A stretch of 64,000 nucleotides of DNA from Tubiluchus corallicola (taxonomy: Eukaryota; Animalia; Priapulida). The translations under genes and the position numbers were made by a program. The notes under the pieces were generated by a model. The model had not been told where the DNA came from and searched no databases. It worked only from the letters and a program-made list of their open reading frames with translations. The stretch spans positions 558,001-622,000 of the forward strand of contig JAQGDQ010000089.1 in NCBI GenBank assembly GCA_030141605.1, given 5' to 3'. Shown here piece by piece: positions 52,918 to 64,000 of the stretch. Numbering within the stretch: position 1 is the first letter of the stretch; every line of letters begins with the position of its first letter.

Positions 52918-53907
52918 TTTTCTGTTACTTGTCTGTCTTTTTTTCACTCCCTGCCTGTCTTTCTCTGTCTGTCCTTCCCTCCTTTCCCTTTCTCTCTCTC
53001 TCTCTTTCCTTTCCTTTTCCACTGTCCTTCAAAACCAGGTCAGGTTTTCTCCCTTTTCGTAGCAATACACCACAGTCTTTGCAGTTTTCTCTTCACTCTC
53101 CAGGTTATTGGCTTTTCCTTATCTAATTTTTATATCTTCCTATTTTTCTCATTTCTAATGCTTACAAGAATTTTACTGAAGTGAATGTTGTGTTACTGTA
53201 ATAATAAAACGACAAAAATAACCGGTTTGTACTTCACTTATAGCTACAGTAACCATCTGACTATCCAAAATGGGTTACACGTGTTTTGGGGAGATTTTTG
53301 AACAACAATTTTGATCTCTTGCTGTAAGATGTTGGCACCTAAGCATATGGTACCACAGGTTACAGCATGACTTACACACGCTGTTATCTATGTATTCAGT
53401 AGGTTACATGTAATCATCCAGGCTCGATCATCTATTACACAAGTAAATTACCACTTCAGCACCTGAGACGAGATGGAAAATCCTATAAACAATCTTCTGG
53501 TCACCGTTGCCATGACGACGGCAGATATTGTACTTAACCCGCTCTTTACGAGGCTGCTCAAGTAATCATAAACTTCTATTTTTATATGGATAGCCAATAG
53601 AGTACGGAGGAGCCTAGCGCAATATCTGCCTATTAGATTTTATGGGCACAAACTGTGGGAAGTAATGCGTTAGGAAAGATTTACTGCTTAGGCGTGAGAG
53701 CTGTGATGGATGCAGCAGTGACGTTTACTGAGGAAGGTCACCTCGTTGTATGATAACCAAACAATTAAACTCAGGGGCATCTTTGCAATTAATTCACAGG
53801 GAGAGGAATGGCTGAGTGATCATGGTGTGTGCTTAGTGACTAAATGGAGGATGATCGCCAGGAAAATCGTTTCTAAGCGGTTTCGTCTGGAACACCGATT
53901 CTGGTTA

Positions 53908-54354
53908 CAGGGCTGTAAACACCAGTTCAAAATTCCTCCTTGACAACAGGAACTAATTCAAGTTCCTAGTTACTCTAACATTTTTTTAAAAAAAGAAACC
54001 AGTTCCAGTTCCAAGTTTCTTTTCACCAAAAAGAAATCCAGTTCCCATGTGCAAAGACTAAAAAACTGAGTTATTTTCTGTAAATTATTCACAGAAAAAT
54101 CCATGGTAAAGGACCTAACATACCTGGTATCTCTTAAATAGTTCTATCAGCAACTAAACATGCCGAACATTGTAAAAATTGTCAGAACTAATTCTATGTG
54201 GAACTTGGAAAGCAAGTTATTTGAGGGACAAAGGGAACTAATTTCAGTTCCAAGTTCCATTTTGTTATGATGAACTAGTTCCAGTTCAAAGTACCTGAAG
54301 AAGAAGCTTCTTCTAAGTTTTTCTTTCCATGAACTAGATTCTTTCACAACCCTG
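53908..54354. mobile_element. hAT-like MITE
   Basis: TIRs CAGGGCTGTAAA and (reverse complement) CAGGGTTGTGAA; internal repeats ggaacta / agttcc in both orientations. Confidence 0.7.
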
Positions 54355-55400
54355 CCTGACATGTGCGCATCTTAGCTACTAAGACATCTCTGTTAGTGTG
54401 AAAAAATATCATTTACTAATGATGTAAGTTAAGACCTGCCACAAATGTCAATGTGTCAATTAAACATAAGACTTAGTGGGTTTTGAAATGTGCTGCAAAA
54501 ACTCATTACGTAGGCTAGATCTACAGGGTGTTCCAGAAGAACGTTGTTGCAGTGATCAAATCACAAGAAATCTTACCTTGAATTTCTGCTTACTAATATC
54601 ATAACGAAGCACAAATACCATTTTATCTGTATAATTTCGATTTCCTATTAACTTGGTCTTGTACATTCCAGTCTTTCGACGGTACTGCTTTTTCCTGAAA
54701 TATCCAGTATTTTTGTAGTTTCTTGGAAAAGTTTCTCGTTATGAGAAAAAGCCGTAGCAAGAGATCTTTAAGGGTTGGTTAGCATGCAACAAGAATTTCG
54801 CAAGTATTTTTGATAATCGGTTAATTTCTGTTTTGTCTGTTCGATAATTATTAAACATGAATTGGTAATCTTCATTTTGATTCGCAATGAGTCGGTAGTC
54901 CAACTACTCGTCATAATCGACACTCCTTAACTTTCACAACGGTTATCCGATTTGAGTTAAACTTTCCTAGGTAATTATAATATAGGTATTCTACCTATAT
55001 TAATGTCATCGCTATATAGAGTTTATAGACGCATGTATAGTGCTCCAAACATGGTTTTATTAGTGCTTTAACATCACCTTCCGTAGCGCCGCCACCTCGT
55101 AGACACGCCCCCGTACGTGCAAATCTCGCATGCTTCAATATCAATCTAATATTCGCCGAGAGATTTTGCTGCAAATTCTATATTAAAATGAAGTGGCAAT
55201 CAAGGGTTTAGTGTCCGCGCTTAATTACGACATTTTCCTGCAAAAGCTTAGCCGCCGGTGTTCATTAGTAGTGAGGGATGGTAATCAGAGAGGGTGAAAA
55301 TTGTTTTGTTCAGTCGTTGCGAAACCAAATAAATTTATTTATGGAAATAAAATTTCACGAAAGAAAAGAAGAGATTACAGTGAAAAATTTAGAATGAAAA

Positions 55401-55403
<3 letters not shown>

Positions 55404-55448
<45 letters not shown>

Positions 55449-55800
55449 AAGAGCTAATGAGAGAGATACAGAGGGACAAACGGAGAAAAAGAAAAGGAAA
55501 ACGAGAGAGCGCTGAGAATGAGTGAAAGAAGAAGAGAAAGTGGGAGACACACACACACACACGCACGCACGCTCGCACGCTCGCACGCACGCACACACAC
55601 ACACACACAGAGGTTCTTTCATTCATTCAAAATAATTTATTTATAAAATATAAGTACAACTTACATATATATTTGATATATTTTGCATATATTTATATAT
55701 AGTATACATATATTGTATATAGTATATATATATATATATATTGTAATTTGTAATATTTTATATTGAGAGTATAAGAGAGAAAGAGAGGGGGAAAGACAGA
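55404..55800. repeat. (GA)n, (CA)n/(CGCA)n and (TA)n cluster
   Basis: Directly visible. Confidence 0.97.
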
Positions 55801-56646
55801 AGAAAAAGAAAAGAAAGAGAATCAAAACAGACAGTGTAAAGTGTAAACGCAGCTTTTCACTGAGATCACCCATAGCCTTCTCACAATTTTACCCTCAATT
55901 CGCTGATCATACTTCCACACCTTCTCTTCGTGTCTGGAGGCATGCAACTCATTAACATAAAACTGAAATTTTTCACCCAAACGCTGATTGCTAATATTTG
56001 TCAACCTTTCTTCTTGTTCTTGTTGACACGATAATGACTGAGTTTAACGCAGCTGCCGCCATTTTGATTGTCGTAATAACCTTAATTGTCTAACGCTTGA
56101 AAAATGACGTCAGTTTAATAGAAGTTAATTGAGAAAGACATGAAAATGCGCTTTGCACAATAAATATGATGTATTCGCCTGGATAAAGGGGAAGTTGTCG
56201 AGGAAGGATGAAGAAGAGAAAGAGTGAACTACCACAAAGCTTGTATTTTTTTCGTCTCGCATTTTATCATTTTAAATACGTTTTATTTATTTATCTCAAA
56301 CCATGTATATTATAGTCCAAGCTATTTCTGCAATTTCTTAATTACAACAATTTTTCTACAAAAATGATTATACATTTTTATGTATGCACGGTCACACGAT
56401 CACGATCAGCATAAGTGTATTTAGCACTGCTGATTTCAAACTTTATATTTTGTAATGTTTGCTAAATAAAGATAAATAAAAGAATTGATGAATAGTAAAA
56501 AAGATTGATATATGAACATTTTTGAACATTTTTGAACAGCAAAAAAACACTATAATAACTTAAGAACACAATAGACGATTTTGCCAAAGCATGTGGAAGA
56601 TAATGCTAATGGTGGTAACCACAAATGGCAATATTTCAGTGACGCA

Positions 56647-56960
56647 ATGATGATGATGATGATGAAGGTGATGATTATGATAGGGATGATTATTATGATG
56701 GCGATAATGAGAACAATGACGATAATGGTGAAAATGATGATGATGATGACAATGGTGAATGACGATGATTATGATGACGTAGACGATTATTGTGACAATG
56801 ATGACAATCACGACAACGCTGACGACGACGACGACGACGACGACGATGATGATGATGATGATGATGATGATGATAACGACGACGATAACGACGACAACGA
56901 CACCGATAATAAGGATGACAATAAGGATGGTAATGATGAATGCGATGATCATGAAGACGA
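56647..56960. repeat. (GAT/GAC)n degenerate array
   Basis: Directly visible. Confidence 0.97.
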
Positions 56961-58461
56961 CGTTTGTCATGTTTTACATCCGTTTTTTGGGGATTTTGCA
57001 CGAAATTTCCCAGGAAAGACACACTGCCAAATTCGTAACCATGTGGTGCAGTATCAACGTGAAATGATGACGACAAAGATGATGAAAACATCGTAATCAC
57101 AGTAACATCAAAATCATATTCTTAATGTGATGCCGATGTAAAGAATGAGAGGATGGCGACATTTGTCAGGTTTTATTTCAGTTTTATCAGGGATTTGTCA
57201 AAAATTCCAAGAGAGCTGCAACACTCGAGCTTAACTATACAGAGACTTGCACAGACCTTATTTTGTGCAATTCTCGCGTATTTGACCGCATAATACGATG
57301 CCCGTCTAATTAATGACGACGTAAATGGTAAATTGCGCTAAATTTGGGTTAAAATGAGCGTGAAATGGCGTTCACTGTGGTGACGGCACTGACGGTGTTA
57401 AACTCGTAGATTACTTGTTTATTGAGTTTGCCCTGGCCAGTTTCGGGTCATTTTCACAAAATAGATTGCTATAAGCGCCACCTGAGCCTGATAATTCACC
57501 ACAGTAGGGAAAGACGAGTGTGCGATGCCTAGTTGGGCGTGGGGTCCGGATGTGTGTACGCTGTTACTGAGTGTATAGCTTCTTTATTTTCCTAAACAAA
57601 CACTAGGACATCGCATCGCAAAGATAGTCATTAAAATTTGTTTAAAGCAAAACTGGACCCAATCTTAAACTGTGGGTCAAAACAATTTGCTCTTTAAAAT
57701 ATTGAAAGGGAACACACTATTTTTTCACTACCACACAAACACAAATTCGCTTTCGCGCCGCTAGCTCTTCGCTGTCACATGCATTCGCCATTCGCTAGTT
57801 AGACGGGCGTTAGCGCCTGCATTTCGGAAACGCATTACACAAAAACAGATACTGTACCTCTCAGTTCAGATGTGTTAGTTTCTGACGAACAACGCACATT
57901 CAACAGCGCATGTGTGAGCGGTAAACTTGAAATTTGAATTTTTATCTTAAAACATGCTTAGTTTTAGTACAACACACGAATATTTTACAGTAGCATTGTA
58001 ATTCAATTTTCGCTTTCACAAACAGGTGCAACACGCTTGTAGAATATTTTTGCTACTAAAATCATATTAGTTTGTGATGTCATCAACAGTTAAGCTCGCC
58101 TGCCATCAATTGTTTTTAATCTATTATTTTAATTATCAGAAACGCCTTTGCAGTATTAATCGTGTTAAAATGTTAACTTTTTATCGGATTTGAAAATGGG
58201 GTAGTATGTGAAAAATCATCCTGTCTTCCTTTAAGTCACGCAATTACAAATCATTTTTATCAGCAACAAACTTGTTAGCCATTACGCATTCTCTAATTTG
58301 TGCGGTTTTTGAAGCAAATTAAAAAAATTCTTTCCGATTTCTACGGTACGTGGGATAAGATAAGAGAGATAGCTTTGCCTAAAAACGTGCGAAAACCTAC
58401 ACGAAAATTAAAAAGTTTTATGCACAAGTCATCAGAAACAGAACAAGTCAAGTAAACATAA

Positions 58462-58680
58462 TGGAACGGAACGCAACAGAACAGTACGGTACGGTACGGC
58501 ACGGCATGGCACGGCACGGCACGGTATGGTCCGGTACGGTACGGTGCGGTACGGTACGGTACGGTACGGTACGGTACGGTACGGTACGGTACGGTACGGT
58601 ACGGTACGGTACAGTACAGTACAGTACAGTACAGTACAGTACAGTACAGTACAGTACAGAACGGAACAGAACAGAACAGA
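58462..58680. repeat. Compound pentanucleotide microsatellite ACGGA/ACGGC/ACGGT/ACAGT/ACAGA
   Basis: Directly visible. Confidence 0.98.
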
Positions 58681-59422
58681 ATTATCTGAGTCATGAATAA
58701 GATAATTTGCAAAACGCATGAGGATATGCATTCACTCAGTTAAGGTATCTAACAATTGAAATGCAAATCCATAAAAAATTTAGGATGGTTTCTGTGATTA
58801 ACCTTAGCATTTACCAAAAAATCCTAATGATAATGATAAATGAATAATAAGTAACGAGTAAAAAGTTAAAGCACTCATGGCACTCTCATTTGGTCACCTA
58901 AATTTTCAATATATAGACTGGGTTTGTACAATGGGTTTTGACAGTGACATGTGCGTAAGCTAAGTCGAAACGTACAATATGTTTTGGTTAGGCATTTCTT
59001 TGGTCTTTCAGACACTAGTGCAGTATCCACTGTTACAAACACAGAGCATAAATTCTGCTGTGTGGGTAATTACAACGTATATACAAGGAAAAACTTGCAG
59101 TTCTCCAAATATCGTCCTTGTTGTAGTGGAAACCATTATCGTGTACATTTTCATTCAAAGAGACCCATTAGGCAACAACGAAGCTGATTTTCTGACGTCG
59201 AAGAAAAGAAAACGTTTTGCTATTCGTTTAATAAAAAACTGAAGAAAGAGACTGAAGTTGAATACAAATCTGCAGACGATTCATCTATAATCTACCTGTT
59301 TAATATTAGTTATTTTCCGATTTGTAGGATTTGTAAAGTAGAAAGTGTAATCACGCTGAAGCCACTCTGAGTTCATATTGTTTTTTTAGTTCCTAACCTA
59401 AAACCTTCTTCAAAACCTAAAA

Positions 59423-59562
59423 GGAGAATGAGTTTACAATTCCCCACACAATTTGAATGCCCTAACCCTAACCCTAACCCTTAACCTTACCCCAACCCTA
59501 ATCCTAACCCTGACCCGCTTCACGAACTAATTTCTTGTTTGGGGAGTTGTAAACGTTAGCCC
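59423..59562. mobile_element. Tiny TIR element carrying (CCCTAA)n telomere-like repeats
   Basis: gtttacaattccccacacaa and ttgtttggggagttgtaaac are inverted arms (18/20) around about 9 degenerate CCCTAA units; taaaagg recurs at both ends. Confidence 0.7.
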
Positions 59563-62500
59563 TTAAAAGGTATTCCGCGCAACTGTTTGGAGCCTAAAGA
59601 ATTCGGTGCAACAGTTTGGCATTGATAGAATTTTTAAGAAACCCTTAAAACATGGCGGTCATGCAGAGAATTATCCCAGAAAGAAGACACAACTGCCCAC
59701 ATGATCACAGTTAAAAGAAAGGTTCGTCAGAAAAAATAGTTAAAAGAGTTTGGCTGGGTTTATTTGGGAGCAATTATTTTGCAAATATCTTCGATGTAAA
59801 TTTGGTTGAGATTAATTTGTCTTGGAACAACTCGCCGCCATTACTTTTGGAAGTAAAGCCAGCTGTTGATTCGAGAAAAGGAAGAAAACTTAGAAGTGAG
59901 ATAGGAGAACGCAGAAGCCATCTAATGGAATTTCTTGAGCAAATGTAGAGTTAATGACCAGGCAAGAGTTAAGCTGATAGTGCTGATAGCGTCTCGCTTC
60001 CTGCAGGAATGATTCTCTTTTCATATTGATTTAGTTTCATTAGACGGACTATCGAACTTTCAGCTTTTTGCCGCCTGACGAAAATCGACTTTTACAATTT
60101 ATGGCTTCACTGCACGAGCGCCAGCTAATGAAGCCGCTTTCATATGCGGCAATATATGTTGATTTTCTTGAAATATTGTTGGCACTATCAGGCTTAAGCT
60201 GGTTTAGTGGTTTTCCTTTTACTGATTTGCAAAGCTTCGAGAAAAGCTACATTCTCAGCGTATTTTAGAGATGAGCGAAGGAGTGACAAGATTTTCTAAA
60301 TTAACCTATGGGATTCATGTAACAGTTTTTTCACCCTATTGTTGAAAGGCATCAAAATAGAGTAATGAAGCGAATGTCAACCACTGCTAAGTTTTAAAAG
60401 CCAAGGCTCACCATTACTAAGTTGCAGGTGTTTTTCAAGCAAGAATGATCGCTCCTTCTAATTCAGGCTGGTCTATCGATCACTGGTGCCTGATAGGTTG
60501 GATAACTTGATTGGTTGATTGCTTAGTTGTTCGTGTGACTAGTTCATTGATCTACTTGGGAACAAATCGGATAGTCAATGGCACATTGATTGGAAGTTTA
60601 ATTAGAAATTTTTTATTGGTGATTTGTTTGTTCGTCAGTATATTTATTGAATATTTGGTAGACTAATTTGCTTTTAGTTTATAAATTTATTAGTTGACTG
60701 GTTAGTATGCTGACTGATTGATTGGCTGGTTGGTTATACAATTCATGAGTACAGACTGATACATACCTTGAGAACATCAGCTACTCTTCTTCTTCTACCA
60801 TAGTCTCTTGGGTAATGTTTGTAATGATCTGCCTAATGGCTACTGGTGAGGTGAAAATGCGTTTCTCGATGTTTGAGCTTTTACGGTTCTCTTGGGGAGA
60901 TAGAAAGCCTGCTACAGTGTGACTGTGAAATTCATGTTTTCTAGCATATAGTGAGCTTGCAATATTAAGGATTTGTACAGTTTTTCATTTTATGTAGCAA
61001 ACTAATGTCTAGTGCTTTGTTGATTACTGGTATTTTAGAAGAAGAAGATTAAAAGTGACGTATAACTATTGCAAAATTTTGTAATGTTGTACTGCTTACA
61101 CTTATTTATTATTTCGCTTGCCTTTTTCGAAAACAAAAAACAACTTTTTTGTTGCAAGCTTATTTGACTCACTAGGCCCTGCAAAATTTATGGGATTCGA
61201 CTCAGAATCAGATTTTTTGTGCAGCTAACAGTTTTGGCATTATACCGGTTTGGTCATGTAACTCAAATCCTAATGGAGTTGCACTGGTTCCCTGTCAAAC
61301 AACGTATTCAATAACTGGTCGATTAATGCGCTCTACAAATAAATTATCAATAGGCCTATCGATTATCATTACCTTATATTAATCTTTTTCTTAAACATTT
61401 TATCAGATTGTGTTACACACAATGTTAAAATTCAATATCACTTTTGAATTTCATTTTTGTGTAATGCCAAATTTTGTTATTGGTTATGCATACTTTTCTA
61501 AAATACTTTTTAAAGATGAACAAAGAGTACAGTAGAAAAATTTTCGTTTATTGTCATGGCAAACGAATACTCGACATCGTTTATAAAAGGTCATTGGATA
61601 CTCTGCTATGACGTCATCACACTATTTCCTTTTTTATTCAATGTATGAGGAGATGAAAGAAGGCAAACAAATTCCCCTCTTGCTTATCACCTCAACACAG
61701 TGGTCAACCATCTTCTAAAACTTTGGTCACTTTGTTGGCACTTTGCAGATCTCGTACCTTTGAAATCTTGTGGCGCAATAGAGATATTCTTATCACCGCA
61801 GCGCAGGTCGGGCGAAGATAACGTCTTACAGCGTTCAGAATTATGAATTGTTCAATATGCGTCGCTTCTACTGACATAAACGGTCCCATTCAAGCGGCAA
61901 CTAATTTTAATTAGACTAAGTAAATTTTACGGCCATCACAATGTGGGAAGTAATTGATAAATTTAATGACGGTGATAAGACAAGCGTAAAAGAAGCGGAA
62001 ACGATATATAAGCGGGGATGAGCCTAAAATAAAAAAATTAATTAAAAAAATGGACTGTCTTTGAAAATAAAGAAGCGACGAAGTAATTTCGACACTTAAA
62101 GGGCAAGAAGAGGGAATTTTAAAGTATATACCATCAGCAAAATTATATTACTTATCATTACGTTTACCTGTTTTTGAAAGACTTAAGTAACTGAAAACGA
62201 AAATTCTTAATGATTTAAAACTTTCGGACCATCTGGCAAAACTTTCCCAGTGTGCACCACTGATTCACCAGAAAAAATGTTATTGATCTTGTCGATAATA
62301 TAAAGTAATAAAAAAGTTTTACTAGTAAGTGAAGTGTGTGCTACGAATGCGCTGATTATTTTTCAAACTTTATGCAATGTTATCTAAACTTGTTTTAAGC
62401 GATTTAGCGTTAAAATAGCAGCGCCTAACATTCGTCGCGAGAGTTTAAATTCACAAGTTTTACACAGCGTTACTGCTAACACAATAAGACAGTAGGTCAT

Positions 62501-63038
62501 TTTTAGGTAAGTGTACAATGTATGTTGATAAAACTATAAGACCGAAACTTTACCAAAAATCTAGCAGTCGCTATCATTGGTTATACTGAAATATTCTAGC
62601 TGCTTTACATGATTGCATCTAGGCCTACATTATATAAAAACGCTCGTTTAGTGTTCATCATCTGCACAATGGTATTCATTTCTCCTACCTACTTTCCCTA
62701 CTACACTCCCCTTCCTCTCGTTTATTAGCTGTAGAGAAAGCATTACAAGCAAATCCATATTTCAGACAAAGCATGTATAATATCTGCCACCGGCAGCTGC
62801 TTGCTTCATTCGCTTTATACTTTACACGAATGAGCTTTAGTTATGGCGAATAGCCAGCCTAACTTAATTAGAAAGGTATAATAGAAGCAAGGTATTCAGC
62901 AATTTTCTGCTGATTTCTGTCTCTCACATATCACACACATACTCTACTCCGTTTCCTCTCTTTCCCTGTCCGTCTCTCTTCCTCTTCTTACCCAGCCTGT
63001 TTGCTTTCTCCGCCCCCTCTATTTCTGTTCCTCCCTCC

Positions 63039-63080
63039 TCTCTCTCTCTCTGTGTGCGTGCGTGTGCGTGTGCGTGTGCG

Positions 63081-63133
<53 letters not shown>

Positions 63134-63215
63134 TTCTCCTTCGCTATCTTTCTTTTTCTCTTATTTCTCTCTTATTTTCTCCCCTCTCTTCCTTCTGTTT
63201 TCCCTAACTCCTTCG

Positions 63216-63303
<88 letters not shown>
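63039..63303. repeat. (TC)n, (GTGCGT)n and (TCTG)n compound microsatellite
   Basis: Directly visible. Confidence 0.98.
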
Positions 63304-63306
<3 letters not shown>

Positions 63307-64000
63307 ATCTTTCTCTTTACAAACACGGTACCACACTGAAAACATTTTACTCAACAATAATCCGTTTATTTTCATCATTTTCTACTAACAAAAATAATTG
63401 CCTTATCAAGCAAATATTAAATAAGCCCGTCGATATAACAATTCGAGTTTTCTGCGTTCATAACGTTAAGAGAATTCGGAGTTTCCGGGGAAGTCTTCAA
63501 TTTTCGATTTTAGAGAAATTTCTAGGTTTCTACAAAGCTAGTTGACAGTGTTAACGACAGGCTAATTGTGTAATTGTGTTTTAGATGCAACATTGATTTA
63601 GGCTTCTCTGTCTCCCTCGTCTTCTCATATCTTTCTCTTCTCACCCAGCCTGTTTTCTCCGCCCCTCGCCCCGTCCGATAAACATCATAACCTAAGCATC
63701 TGGAGTTTCTAAATCTCAAGTCTTTAGAAAAGTGGTGCATTAAAAAGGAAATTTACCTTTATGCACGGAATTATTCATAGGGAAGTTGATGTTGATTCTG
63801 ACAATTTTTTGCATCTTGCAAAGTTGTATCTTGCAATTGAACTTGGCAAAATCATTCTCTGAAGCTTTTCGCGCGTCCAAAAGTATCATTTGGTCATTTT
63901 CTCTCAAATCGAGTTGTACCGATTTGGAACTTCTTGCCTATATATGTTCATGGTGCACACCTCGCACAAAATATAAAGTTATTTAAAAGCCGCTTAAAAC

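Noticed and set aside
57876-57936. CTGACGA...GTAAAC hammerhead-like arrangement
   Set aside because: GAAA core is broken and the cleavage position would be G; compatible with chance.
62474-62512. Plus-strand gctaac...tttttag|gtaagt ratchet-like site
   Set aside because: Short pyrimidine tract, three intervening AGs and no evidence for a plus-strand transcript; within chance expectation.
27700-64000. miR-124 or other conserved miRNA hairpin (miR-124 loci neighbour BHLHE22/23 in vertebrates)
   Set aside because: By eye I found no TAAGGCACGCGGTGAATGCC on either strand, only isolated seed words at 28579 and 33434; partial miR-31-like and bantam-like words do not extend.

Overview
AT-rich genomic DNA from an invertebrate animal (spliceosomal GT-AG introns, TTAGGG-type repeats; the exact taxon cannot be read from the sequence). 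It holds three protein-coding genes. A DUF229 (alkaline phosphatase/sulfatase-fold) gene lies on + as one long exon running off the left edge. A complete six-coding-exon Rap1 GTPase gene lies on - (7864-14830) and was missed by the ORF track. An intronless Beta3/BHLHE22-23 (Olig-family) bHLH gene lies on - (26325-27008). Between and inside the genes are a decayed PHD-endonuclease-RT LINE with target-site duplication, many nested TIR MITEs, and copies of an apparently 5S-rRNA-headed SINE. From about 27.7 kb to the end is a gene desert upstream of the bHLH gene, where GC-richer TAAT-rich islands alternate with compound microsatellites. The most notable non-obvious signals are a consensus-like recursive splice (ratchet) site at 50637/50638 on -, a Penelope-type minimal hammerhead ribozyme remnant at 34.35 kb, templated insertion and fold-back scars at (TA)n tracts, a long intronic hairpin in Rap1, and a Rap1 C-terminus with extra cysteines. 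No clearly novel multi-gene system could be demonstrated from sequence alone. All alignments were done by eye.
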